A stretch of DNA of 60,134 nucleotides from an uncultured Flavobacteriales bacterium (GTDB taxonomy: Bacteria > Bacteroidota > Bacteroidia > Flavobacteriales > BACL11), in contig CAJWRW010000003.1 in assembly GCA_913046315.1 (NCBI GenBank), positions 1 to 60,134 of the forward strand. Reading direction: 5' to 3'. The position numbers and the translations under genes are program-made. This document shows positions 9,233 through 18,775 of this stretch, one piece after another (positions within the stretch are counted from its first letter, which is position 1; every line of letters starts with the position of its first letter). The notes beneath the pieces are model-generated. The model was given only the letters and a program-made list of their open reading frames with translations, was not told where the DNA came from and ran no database searches.

Positions 9233-10864
9233 ATGAAGTATTTATCACCCCTTGAGATGCTCTATAAATGGGAGCAAAAAAAAGCAAATGAAATATATTT
9301 AAGCCAGCCTATTGATGGCGTATGGCACAATTGGACATGGAAAGAATTAGGGGAGGAGGTAAGAAAGATGGCTGCTTATTTACAATCTCTAAATCTTCCA
9401 CAGAAAAGTAAAATAGGAATACTATCTAAGAACTGTTCACATTGGATAATGAGTGATTTAGCCATTATGATGAGTGGACATATTTCAGTTCCACTCTATC
9501 CTAACTTAAATGCGGCAACTTTACAGAAAATTTTAATCCATTCTGAAACCAAAGTTTTGTTTGTAGGTAAATTGGATAATTATGAAGTTATGAAGCCTGG
9601 TGTTCCAACTGATATACAATGCATTGCTTATCCTTTTTATACAGAAAATTATCCAATATGGGATGAAATCACAAAATGTATCACTCCATTATCAGAAAAT
9701 ATAATAAGAAAAGAAGATGAGTTAGCTACTATAATCTATACTTCAGGAACCACAGGAGATCCAAAAGGAGTAATGCATAAGTTCTTCAATTTTGCATTTT
9801 CAACCACCCATGCTGTAAATGCATTACCATTAAAAAATGAAACGTTTTTTTCGTACTTGCCACTATGTCATATTGCAGAACGCCTTTTAGTGATGATGGG
9901 TAGCTTGTATACAGGAGGTAGAGTTTCCTTTGCAGAAAGTTTAGACACTTTTGCATCTAATTTATCGGAAGCATCTCCAACTGTTTTTTTAGGAGTGCCA
10001 AGAATATGGACAAAATTCCAACAAGGAATTATAGGGAAGTTACCACAAAAGAAATTAAATATTTTATTGTCAATTCCACTAATTTCCTCACTAATAAAAA
10101 AGAAGATTCAGAAAGGATTAGGGTTAAGTAAGGCAAATAATATTTTTACAGGAGCTGCTCCAACACCAGCTCCATTGATAAGATGGTTTGCTAGATTAGG
10201 AATTACCATCCAAGAGGCTTATGCAATGACAGAAAACTGTTGTTATTCTCATGTTAGTTTTAAGCATAAAATCAAAATTGGTTCAGTAGGTCAGGCGCTT
10301 CCTAATTGTGAAGTAAAACTTTCTGAGCAAAATGAAATCTTAATAAAGCATGATGCTTTAATGGATGGTTATTATAAAGACCAGCAACAGACAGCTGAAA
10401 CCATAAAAAATGGTTGGTTGCATACTGGAGATGAAGGAGCTATTGATGATGAGGGTTTCTTGAGTATAACAGGCAGAGTAAAAGATATTTTCAAAACTTC
10501 AAAAGGAAAATATGTTGCACCTTCACCAATAGAAATGAAGCTTTCAGCGAATAAAAACTTGGAACAAATATGTGTGGTGGGAGATGGTATTCCTCAGCCT
10601 ATTGCACTGATTGTACTTTCTAAAAGAGGAAAGACAAAATCTAAAAAATCTTTAGTCTTAAGTTTAGAAAAGAGCTTGGAAATTATCAATCCTAAAATAG
10701 ATAGTCATGAGAAGCTAAAAAGTATAGTAGTGCTTGCTGAGGAATGGACAGTTGAGAATAAATTACTTACTCCCACAATGAAGATTAAGCGTAATTCAAT
10801 TGAAAAGTTACATAAAGATAATTATACGAAATGGTATGAAAGTGGAAAGATTATATTAGAATAA
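9233..10864 (+). CDS. AMP-dependent acyl-CoA synthetase (long-chain fatty acid-CoA ligase-like)
   Basis: 543 aa. AMP-binding signature IIYTSGTTGDPKGV, a YAMTE motif, a GWLHTGDEG...DEGF hinge, and a C-terminal KIKR lysine motif. Confidence 0.88.
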   Translation: MKYLSPLEMLYKWEQKKANEIYLSQPIDGVWHNWTWKELGEEVRKMAAYLQSLNLPQKSKIGILSKNCSHWIMSDLAIMMSGHISVPLYPNLNAATLQKILIHSETKVLFVGKLDNYEVMKPGVPTDIQCIAYPFYTENYPIWDEITKCITPLSENIIRKEDELATIIYTSGTTGDPKGVMHKFFNFAFSTTHAVNALPLKNETFFSYLPLCHIAERLLVMMGSLYTGGRVSFAESLDTFASNLSEASPTVFLGVPRIWTKFQQGIIGKLPQKKLNILLSIPLISSLIKKKIQKGLGLSKANNIFTGAAPTPAPLIRWFARLGITIQEAYAMTENCCYSHVSFKHKIKIGSVGQALPNCEVKLSEQNEILIKHDALMDGYYKDQQQTAETIKNGWLHTGDEGAIDDEGFLSITGRVKDIFKTSKGKYVAPSPIEMKLSANKNLEQICVVGDGIPQPIALIVLSKRGKTKSKKSLVLSLEKSLEIINPKIDSHEKLKSIVVLAEEWTVENKLLTPTMKIKRNSIEKLHKDNYTKWYESGKIILE

Positions 10865-10933
10865 AATTTTATTAAAGTCATAAAATATCCTACATAAGAT
10901 TTTTATATTACATTCATTCTTTTATAAATTATA

Positions 10934-11782
10934 TTATTTTTCTAGCTTTTCTAACTTTTTCTCTATGGCTGTGAGTTTCTCTAATATTTCAGTTTCTTTT
11001 GATATAATTTCGTTTTCTTTTTCTAATATTTCATTTTGATTTTTGAGTTGTTCTCTTTGCTTTTTACTTCTAGTTAGCTCAGCAGATACAATCCCTGTTG
11101 GGACAGCAATTATACCATATCCTAAAATCATAATAAGTGAAGCCACAAATTTACCAAGTGTAGTATATGGTACAATATCACCATATCCAACAGTAGTTAA
11201 TGTTACAATAGCCCAATAAATACTTCTAGGGATGGATGTAAAACCGTGAGTGCCATGTTCGATAAGGTACATGAGAGTTCCCATAATAATAACAAGAACA
11301 AAAACTGATGTTAGGAATACGACGATTTTTCCTCTACTTTCTCTTAAAGCTGATATTAAAGTTCTTGAACCTTTTACATAACGAACTAGTTTTAAAATTC
11401 TGAAGATTCTTAATAAACGCAATGCTCTAGCAACAAAGAAGTATTGTGATTGAGGAAATAAAGGCATTAAATAAGTTGGTGCAAATGCTAAAAAGTCAAT
11501 TATTCCATAAAAACTGAAAACATACTTTAACGGTTTTCCTGTTGCATAAACTCTTAGTATGTACTCAATTGTAAAGAGAATCGTTACTACCCACTCGAAA
11601 ACATTGAATGCAACACCATATTTAATGTTAATAGGTTCAACACTTTCTAAAATTACAACGATGATACTTGAAATGATAGCAATTAATAATAGAATGTCAA
11701 AAAGTTTCCCTCCAAAAGTATCAGACTCAAAAATGATTTCTTGAATTTTACGTTTTATTGATTCTGATCTTGCTTTTTCCAT
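10934..11782 (-). CDS. Voltage-gated (6-TM) potassium channel with C-terminal coiled coil
   Basis: S4-like segment RALRLLRIFRILKLVRYVK, K+ selectivity filter TLTTVGYGD, and a heptad-like tail EILEKENEIISKETEILEKLTAIEKKLEKLEK. Confidence 0.9.
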   Translation of the reverse strand: MEKARSESIKRKIQEIIFESDTFGGKLFDILLLIAIISSIIVVILESVEPINIKYGVAFNVFEWVVTILFTIEYILRVYATGKPLKYVFSFYGIIDFLAFAPTYLMPLFPQSQYFFVARALRLLRIFRILKLVRYVKGSRTLISALRESRGKIVVFLTSVFVLVIIMGTLMYLIEHGTHGFTSIPRSIYWAIVTLTTVGYGDIVPYTTLGKFVASLIMILGYGIIAVPTGIVSAELTRSKKQREQLKNQNEILEKENEIISKETEILEKLTAIEKKLEKLEK

Positions 11783-11787
11783 GCTTT

Positions 11788-13512
11788 TTATTTTAATTCC
11801 GACAATTCCTTTTTAATGAAATCAGCTAATTCTTTCACATAAGTAGCTGAGAAATCAAATTGAATGCCAGCAGCATCATAAATCTCCCCAATGGTTTTAG
11901 TATATCCTAATTTTAAGGCTGCTACATAATTGTCTAGCGCTTTTTCTCCTAATTGTTTGTAAGATCGCCACATAGCAATAGCTCCTAATTGTGCCATACC
12001 ATATTCTATATAATAGAATGGAACTTCATACAAATGTAATTGCCTTTGCCAAAGATTAGTATGTACATCTTCATTTCCTTTCCAGTCGATTAACTGGTTG
12101 CCCAGTTTAGAAGAAATGTCCAGCCATTTTTCTTTTCTTTCTTTTGCCGTATGCTTTGTAGTGTAAATCCAATGTTGGAACTTATCAATTGAAGCAACCC
12201 AAGGAAGTGTTTCTAGTGCTTTTTCTAATTGTTCCAATTTTGCTCTTTTCAATTCGCTTTCATTAGTATAAAAAATATCCCAATGATTCATAGATAAAAG
12301 CTCCATTGACATAGATGCCAATTCTGCCACTTCAGAAGGAGTAGATTTGAACTCAGTTAAAGCCAAATCCCTGCTTAAGAAGGAATGAATAGCATGGCCG
12401 CCCTCATGAACCATTGTTACTAAATCTCTTTGAGAGCCAACAGCATTCATATAAATAAAAGGAACTCCAATTTCGTAAAGTGGATACATAAATCCTCCTG
12501 GCGCTTTTCCATCTTTTGACTCTAAATCCAGATGCTTCATGGCTTGCATAGTTGCCAAACATTCTCCAAAGTAAGGCCTTAATCTGGCAAAACATTGAAT
12601 AGATTTATCAGTTAGCATTTTTCCGCCTTCAAATGGTTTTAACGGATCTAAACCATCTACATCAACAGTTGTATCCCATGGTTTGTAAAAGGCGTACCCC
12701 AACTTTTCTTTTCTCTTTCTTTCAAATGAGGTGATAATGGGAACAATTTCCTGTTCTATTGCATCATGGAAGTTGAAGCAATCTTCAACTGTATAATCAA
12801 ACCTTCCCATTGCAGAAAACATATAATCTCTATAATTGTCAAAGCCTGCATTTTTAGCAATTTGCTGTCTAAGTTTAATTAATTCATCAAATAAATCGTC
12901 CAATGCTTTTTCATCTTCTAATCTTCTTGCACTTATTTTATTAAAAACACCTTCTCTTTTTTTTCTATCCGTATCTTTCAAAAGCTGTGCAGCTTGTTGC
13001 ATGGTAAGTTTTTTACCATCAACTTCAATACTCATTTTTGCCGAGATTGCGCCATATTCTTGTTGTTTGGCTTCCATCTCAGTGAAAAGCGGAATATTCT
13101 CTTTCCTGAAAATCTCAATTTGCTTTTTAACACTTCTTAGGTAAATGCGGTATTTTTCTTGGTCCAACTCTTTTAAGTAAAGACTCTCAATCAATTTTAG
13201 ATTTAACTTATGTGTATAAGGAGCAGTTTTTGGCGAGATTTCTTTTATCCAAAAATGAAATTTTTCGGCTAATGCTTTGTCAGTTGTATCAATGTTCATC
13301 TTGATATAGCGCCAAGCCAAATCTTCTTCTAATACCGCGCCTAATTCAGATCTGTCTAACATCCATCTCTCTAATTCCTCCACTGAACTTATTTCTCTTT
13401 CAACTAAATCATCAAAAAGAGGCTTGATTTTTTCCCAAGAATCAACTGCTAAATTTTCTGAAACAAATTTTCTTTTGGGTCTTTTAGGTATTGAAATTGT
13501 TTTGCTTTCCAT
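11788..13512 (-). CDS. pepF: M3-family oligoendopeptidase (PepF-like)
   Basis: 574 aa. Zinc motif HEGGHAIH. The length and overall pattern fit M3B oligoendopeptidase F. Confidence 0.82.
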   Translation of the reverse strand: MESKTISIPKRPKRKFVSENLAVDSWEKIKPLFDDLVEREISSVEELERWMLDRSELGAVLEEDLAWRYIKMNIDTTDKALAEKFHFWIKEISPKTAPYTHKLNLKLIESLYLKELDQEKYRIYLRSVKKQIEIFRKENIPLFTEMEAKQQEYGAISAKMSIEVDGKKLTMQQAAQLLKDTDRKKREGVFNKISARRLEDEKALDDLFDELIKLRQQIAKNAGFDNYRDYMFSAMGRFDYTVEDCFNFHDAIEQEIVPIITSFERKRKEKLGYAFYKPWDTTVDVDGLDPLKPFEGGKMLTDKSIQCFARLRPYFGECLATMQAMKHLDLESKDGKAPGGFMYPLYEIGVPFIYMNAVGSQRDLVTMVHEGGHAIHSFLSRDLALTEFKSTPSEVAELASMSMELLSMNHWDIFYTNESELKRAKLEQLEKALETLPWVASIDKFQHWIYTTKHTAKERKEKWLDISSKLGNQLIDWKGNEDVHTNLWQRQLHLYEVPFYYIEYGMAQLGAIAMWRSYKQLGEKALDNYVAALKLGYTKTIGEIYDAAGIQFDFSATYVKELADFIKKELSELK

Positions 13513-13517
13513 TCTAT

Positions 13518-13949
13518 TTATTTTTCGGCAGCAGCCTTTTTGTTTTCCGATTTTTTCTCAGCTTTTGGTAATACAATCAAGCCTGCAGTTTGCATGCTAT
13601 TGTACCATTGGATTACTTTTTTAATATCTGAAATGTATACACGATCCTCATCAAATTCAGGTAATATTTCTGTGAAATAAGCTATTAATTCTTCTTTACT
13701 TGATTTGTGAGAGATAGATTGTTTTGCATTCTCTTTTTTTGAAATAGTGTCAAAAATCTTTGATAAAGGTTTAGTGTCTTCATAAGTGTAAATACCAATA
13801 TCTTCCAATGTATTTGCATGATGTCTAGCAGTTATTGGTATCCTTTTTTTATCTGCTAAACTTTCTACAATCACAGTATTCTTTCCTTGAGATATTACCT
13901 TGAAAAGCCCTGCTTTTCCTGTAATTGCAATAATTCCTTCTAAGTTCAT
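13518..13949 (-). CDS. Conserved Bacteroidota hypothetical protein (resembles DUF5606 family)
   Basis: 143 aa. The N-terminus MNLEGIIAITGKAGLFKVISQGKNTVIVESL matches my recollection of DUF5606 proteins. It lies 5 nt upstream of pepF. Confidence 0.55.
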   Translation of the reverse strand: MNLEGIIAITGKAGLFKVISQGKNTVIVESLADKKRIPITARHHANTLEDIGIYTYEDTKPLSKIFDTISKKENAKQSISHKSSKEELIAYFTEILPEFDEDRVYISDIKKVIQWYNSMQTAGLIVLPKAEKKSENKKAAAEK

Positions 13950-13967
13950 TTTGGTTTTATTAATTTA

Positions 13968-13975
13968 CAAATTTA
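13968..13975 (-). promoter_or_regulatory. Bacteroidota-type -7 promoter box (TAaaTTTG) for the DUF5606-pepF-K+ channel operon
   Basis: Forward CAAATTTA is TAAATTTG on the minus strand. It lies 19 nt upstream of the ATG at 13949. Confidence 0.4.
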
Positions 13976-14045
13976 CATTTTTTAAGCTTATTGGGGTAAA
14001 AAGCGGTTTAGGAATAAAAATTGTATTATTGGCAGTTATAATATA

Positions 14046-15299
14046 ATGATTTTTTCAAAAATTAAAAATAGAAGGGCGGTTATTGCTTGGTCTTTATACG
14101 ATTTTGCAAACCAGCCATTCTCTACTATAATCGTTACTTTTATTTATAGTGCATTCTTTGCACAAGTAATCGCTCCAGACCCTCAAACTGGCACAACAAT
14201 GTGGGCAAATGCAGTTGCCATTACCGCAATTATTGTTGCTATTTTATCTCCAATATTAGGAGCAATTGCTGATAATGGAGGATATAGAAAATTTTTCTTG
14301 ATTATTTTTACTTGGATTTGTGCTACATTTTCAATCTTGCTGTATTTCCCCTCTGCTGGTGATATTTATTTCGCACTTACACTTTTTGTAATTGCTAATA
14401 TTGCATTTGAAATGGGAACAGTTTTTTGCAATTCCTACTTAAAAGATTTGTCTGAAAAAGCACATGTTGGAAAAATATCAGGTTTCGCTTGGGGATTGGG
14501 TTTTGTAGGGGGGTTATTCGCACTTTTTCTATGCCTTTATTTATTTCCTAATTTGTCTGCAATTGAAATTAGAAAGATAAATGTATTGGTCGGCATTTGG
14601 TTTATAATTTTTAGCATTCCTACTTTTTTGTTTTTGAAAGACAGGCAAAAGGAAAAACTTACAAAAGCGCATTTTTCCAATTCCATCACCGCCATCAAAA
14701 CCACTTTTAATACCATCACTTACTATAAACAAATCTCACAATTCTTAATCGCGCGTTTATTTTATAATGATGGTCTGATAACCATCTTTGCTTTGGGAGG
14801 AATTTATGCAGTTGGTACAATTAATTTTTCTTTTGATGAGGTAATGCTTTTAGGAATTGTGTTGAATATTGCGGCAGCTATTGGCTCTTTTATATTTGGC
14901 CATATTGAGGACAAGGTAGGCGTAAAAAAAGTAATAAATATCACTTTATTTGTTTTGATTGTTGCAACCCTATTGGCCTATTATGCGCCAGAAAGCAATT
15001 CTCCAAAAACATTCTTTTGGATAGCAGGAGTTTTGATTGGCTTTATGGTTGGGCCTAATCAATCTTGTAGTCGTTCGCTTATGACCCAACTTACTCCTAA
15101 GAAAAAGCAAAATGAGTTTTTTGGCTTCTTTGCGCTTACAGGAAAGGCTACTTCTTTTCTAGGTCCATTGCTTTTTGGTATTATTACTTCTTTTTATAGT
15201 CAGCAAATGGCACTTTGGGTAGTTATTGTTTTCTTTATTATTGGGTTGTTGCTTTTTAATCGAATAAATTTTGATAAAAATAATACTTTTGTAAAGTGA
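14046..15299 (+). CDS. MFS transporter, UMF1/Atg22-like family
   Basis: 417 aa with ~12 predicted hydrophobic helices. The N-terminal WSLYDFANQPFSTII motif is typical of the UMF1 family. Confidence 0.8.
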   Translation: MIFSKIKNRRAVIAWSLYDFANQPFSTIIVTFIYSAFFAQVIAPDPQTGTTMWANAVAITAIIVAILSPILGAIADNGGYRKFFLIIFTWICATFSILLYFPSAGDIYFALTLFVIANIAFEMGTVFCNSYLKDLSEKAHVGKISGFAWGLGFVGGLFALFLCLYLFPNLSAIEIRKINVLVGIWFIIFSIPTFLFLKDRQKEKLTKAHFSNSITAIKTTFNTITYYKQISQFLIARLFYNDGLITIFALGGIYAVGTINFSFDEVMLLGIVLNIAAAIGSFIFGHIEDKVGVKKVINITLFVLIVATLLAYYAPESNSPKTFFWIAGVLIGFMVGPNQSCSRSLMTQLTPKKKQNEFFGFFALTGKATSFLGPLLFGIITSFYSQQMALWVVIVFFIIGLLLFNRINFDKNNTFVK

Positions 15300-15640
15300 G
15301 ATTTTATATAATTACTATTTTATTTTTTTTACTTATAAATGCTTGTGCATACGATGAGCTACCACTTTGTGAAATTAATAATCCTTCTTTTACTGAATGT
15401 ATTAAACCTATTTTTACAGATAATTGTGTGTCATGTCATAATCAGCAACAGCCAGGAGGTAATTTGATTTTAGAAACTTATTACGATATTAGTCAAGCAG
15501 TAAAAAATGGAGACGTAATAGATAGAATATTAAGAGAACATTCAGACCCTCTAGTAATGCCATTAGGTTCTCCAAAATTATCAGAAAGTGAAATTCAATT
15601 AATTATAAATTGGAATGAAAATGAAACGCCTAATAATTAG
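15296..15640 (+). CDS. Small lipoprotein with a single c-type haem-binding motif (PSCyt1-like cytochrome c domain)
   Basis: GTG start overlaps the MFS stop (GTGA). The signal peptide has a lipobox-like LINAC. CVSCH lies at nt 15425-15439 and is followed by QQQPGGNLILETY. Confidence 0.65.
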   Translation: MRFYIITILFFLLINACAYDELPLCEINNPSFTECIKPIFTDNCVSCHNQQQPGGNLILETYYDISQAVKNGDVIDRILREHSDPLVMPLGSPKLSESEIQLIINWNENETPNN

Positions 15641-16145
15641 CACTTTTCTCATATTTTTCTGCTTAACAGTAGATGCGCAAAAATATATAGGCAAAGATGG
15701 GGTTATTAGTTTCTTTTCAGAAGCTCCATTAGAGAATATATCTGCAATAAATCATAAAGTAGCAGCTGTTTATGACGCTAAAACAAAAGAGATTGTTTTT
15801 CACTTGTATATTGAAGATTTTGAATTTCCAATCGCATTGATGCAAGAGCATTTTAACGAAAATTATTTAGAATCTGATATTTTTCCAAAATCTACATTTG
15901 TTGGAAAGATTATTGAACTAAAAGAAAATATTGCATATGTAGAAGGCGACCTTAATATTCATGGACAAACAAATAAGATATTTGCTAATGGAAAATTTGT
16001 ATTGGAAGATAAAATTGTAAATATTTCTGATGTTAATTTTTTATTAAAGTTAAAAGATTATAAAATAAAGATTCCTAAGATTGTTTTGTATAAGATTGCT
16101 GAAGTAATTGAAGTTAAAGTTGATATTAAAATGAAATTACAATGA
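15615..16145 (+). CDS. YceI-like (polyisoprenoid-binding lipocalin-like) periplasmic protein
   Basis: 176 aa with a signal peptide (CLTVDAQ). YceI-type pattern: ISFFSEAPLENI...LMQEHFNENYLESDIFPKSTFVG...LNIHGQT. It overlaps the previous ORF by 26 nt. Confidence 0.7.
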   Translation: MKMKRLIISTFLIFFCLTVDAQKYIGKDGVISFFSEAPLENISAINHKVAAVYDAKTKEIVFHLYIEDFEFPIALMQEHFNENYLESDIFPKSTFVGKIIELKENIAYVEGDLNIHGQTNKIFANGKFVLEDKIVNISDVNFLLKLKDYKIKIPKIVLYKIAEVIEVKVDIKMKLQ

Positions 16146-17002
16146 GATACACCGTTATTTTATCATTTATTTTAATAGCAGTTCATGTTACAGCACAAGA
16201 AGATTTGTTATCTTTAATTGATGTCAAAGAGTCAAATTATATTTCATATACTTTTAAAGGAAATAAAATTGTTAATGGAGAGTCTGTTGAAGCTCCATCG
16301 GCTGGTGTATTGCAATTTCAAATCCAGCATAGATTTGGGACTTTAAATTCAGGATTTTATAATTTATATGGATTAGATAATGCACAAATTAGATTAGGTT
16401 TGGATTATGGGTTAAAGGATTGGCTATGTATAGGGATTGGAAGAAGCTCAGCATTAAAAACAATAGATGTCTCTTCTAAACTCAAAATTATGAGACAAAA
16501 AAATGGTATGAACGCATTTCCATTTACTATAGCGTATTACACTTCAGTTTTTCAAAAGCAATTCACAAAAATTGAGAAGAAGCAAGCAAATTATAAGTTT
16601 AGTGATCAATTAAGCTATGTAAATCAGTTACTTATTGCTCATAAGATAAATCGTAAACTATCATTACAAATTTCACCTACAATTGTTCACTACAATTTAG
16701 TGGGCTATGATGAGAGCAATGATCGATTATCTATTGGTTTTAGCTCGAGATATAAAATTTCTAATAGAGTTTCGATTAATACAGAATACTTTTTACAGGC
16801 TGTTGAGAGAACCAATAATGATGTGCTTTCATTTGGCTTTGATATAGAGACAGGGGGTCATATTTTTCAATTACATTTAAGTAACTCTCCTGCTATGATA
16901 GCTCCTGCTTTTATACATGAAACAAAAGGAATATGGGCAAAGGGAGATATTTATTTTGGGTTTAATATTTCTAGAGTTTTCTCCATAAACGAAAATCGAT
17001 AA
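16142..17002 (+). CDS. Outer-membrane beta-barrel protein (resembles DUF5777 family)
   Basis: 286 aa with a signal peptide (VTAQ), alternating beta-strand pattern, LQFQIQHRFG motif and GLDNAQIRLGLDYG. ATGA overlap with the preceding ORF. Confidence 0.6.
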   Translation: MRYTVILSFILIAVHVTAQEDLLSLIDVKESNYISYTFKGNKIVNGESVEAPSAGVLQFQIQHRFGTLNSGFYNLYGLDNAQIRLGLDYGLKDWLCIGIGRSSALKTIDVSSKLKIMRQKNGMNAFPFTIAYYTSVFQKQFTKIEKKQANYKFSDQLSYVNQLLIAHKINRKLSLQISPTIVHYNLVGYDESNDRLSIGFSSRYKISNRVSINTEYFLQAVERTNNDVLSFGFDIETGGHIFQLHLSNSPAMIAPAFIHETKGIWAKGDIYFGFNISRVFSINENR

Positions 17003-17009
17003 AGGTAAA

Positions 17010-18224
17010 ATGCAAAAAGCTGCTTTTGACATAGCAATTGTTGGTGGGGGTATAGTTGGATTAGCTACTGCTTACCAAATACAGCAGGAATTTCCGAAAT
17101 TAAATCTCATTATTTTAGAAAAAGAAAACGAACTTGCTTTTCATCAAACAGGAAGAAATTCAGGAGTTATTCATTCTGGGCTTTATTATAAACCGGGTAC
17201 CCTAAGAGCTAAAAATTGTGTAAGTGGGCGAAAACAACTCATTGAATTTGCTAAAGCTAATAACATTGAGTATGATATTTGTGGAAAAATTGTTTTAGCT
17301 ATAAATAAGCAGGAGGAAGAAAGATTAAAGTTTCTAAAAATAAATGGAGAGAAAAATGGTTTAATTGGTTTGAAATTGCTTTCCTCCTATGAAATCAAGG
17401 AGATTGAACCTTATGTAGAGGGGGTTGCGGCTCTTTGGGTTCCCGAATCAGGGATAATTAATTACAAGGCCGTTTGCAATAAACTTTCCAAACGCATAGT
17501 TGAAAGAAATCCGAATAGTAAAATAGCACTTAACACAGAACTGTTGGATATTGATAATGAAACCTTGTTTTCAACAAAAGGCACCTTTAATGCAAAACAT
17601 AGTATCTTTTGTGGCGGATTATTCTCCGATAGATTAGCTAAAAAAGACAAACTTAACTTAGACATGGAGATTGTAGGTTTTAGAGGAGATTATTATCATT
17701 TGTCAGAAATTGCAAAAAGCAAAGTAAACAACCTGATTTATCCTGTTCCTAATCCTGAATTTCCTTTTTTAGGAGTCCATCTTACAAGAATGATTGATGG
17801 CTCTATTGAATGTGGTCCTAATGCGGTATTTACATTTAAAAGGGAGGGTTATCAAAAAACAGATTTTTCTTGGAGAGACACATTAGAAGCGCTTAGTTTT
17901 TCTGGCACTTGGAGGTTGTTCATAAATCATTGGAAATTTGGTTTAAATGAATATCGTAGAGCTTTTTCAAAAGTTTTATTTTTGAAAGAGCTAAAAAAAA
18001 TGATTCCAACTTTGGAAATGAAAGATATAATTGAAAGTAGAAGTGGAGTGAGAGCAATGGCATTAGGAAAAGATGGAAAGATTATTGATGATTTCAAGAT
18101 TGTTAAAAGTAAAAATAATCTACATGTTTTGAATGCACCTTCACCAGCTGCAACAGCATGTCTTGCTATTGGCGATCAGATTTTACAGCATGTAAAAAAG
18201 CACTTTAACCTAGAAATCAAATGA
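17010..18224 (+). CDS. lhgO: L-2-hydroxyglutarate oxidase / FAD-dependent oxidoreductase
   Basis: 404 aa. N-terminal FAD fold DIAIVGGGIVGLATA followed by HQTGRNSGVIHSGLYYKPG, which is typical of LhgO (YgaF) proteins. Confidence 0.82.
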   Translation: MQKAAFDIAIVGGGIVGLATAYQIQQEFPKLNLIILEKENELAFHQTGRNSGVIHSGLYYKPGTLRAKNCVSGRKQLIEFAKANNIEYDICGKIVLAINKQEEERLKFLKINGEKNGLIGLKLLSSYEIKEIEPYVEGVAALWVPESGIINYKAVCNKLSKRIVERNPNSKIALNTELLDIDNETLFSTKGTFNAKHSIFCGGLFSDRLAKKDKLNLDMEIVGFRGDYYHLSEIAKSKVNNLIYPVPNPEFPFLGVHLTRMIDGSIECGPNAVFTFKREGYQKTDFSWRDTLEALSFSGTWRLFINHWKFGLNEYRRAFSKVLFLKELKKMIPTLEMKDIIESRSGVRAMALGKDGKIIDDFKIVKSKNNLHVLNAPSPAATACLAIGDQILQHVKKHFNLEIK

Positions 18225-18775
18225 TAAAATTCTTAGGGTTATTGTCAAAAAAGAAAAAGATCTCTATCGAAAAAACGGCTAAACTGCTTGTTACAACTCT
18301 TGATGAGGTAATTGTAAATGGCTTTGTAGAGATTCAAGATTTTATAAATGACAATAATAATTTAGAACGTAATCCCAACCTAACAGATAATGATATTAGG
18401 TGGTTTCGCTTAATTGTTTTTGTTGGTAATTTAAAAATCCTTCCTGATTTTTTTGATGAAGATCAAGCAGAAAAGTTACATAACCAACTGTTAGATTTTA
18501 TGGCTGAAAGAATTACTGGAGAAAATGAAATCGCACTTGAACAATTGTCAGATTATTGCACTTATTTAGATGAATTGTTGCGAAAATCGGACAATTGCAT
18601 AGCAGCAATGGCGACAGCTTTATTTGATAAATATAATATTAATGATTTTCAGGTTAATTTGTTTAAAAGAAAGAATGAGCCTAATCCTGTTTTTTTTCAG
18701 GAGCTTAAAAACTTAATAACACACTTTATTTGGAATTGGGAAGACTTTCTTTCCAAACACAAAGTGGTAGCCTAA
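18221..18775 (+). CDS. Hypothetical cytoplasmic protein, no recognisable domain
   Basis: 184-aa ORF with an ATGA overlap with lhgO. Coding-like composition, predicted helical, no TM segment. Confidence 0.6.
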   Translation: MIKFLGLLSKKKKISIEKTAKLLVTTLDEVIVNGFVEIQDFINDNNNLERNPNLTDNDIRWFRLIVFVGNLKILPDFFDEDQAEKLHNQLLDFMAERITGENEIALEQLSDYCTYLDELLRKSDNCIAAMATALFDKYNINDFQVNLFKRKNEPNPVFFQELKNLITHFIWNWEDFLSKHKVVA

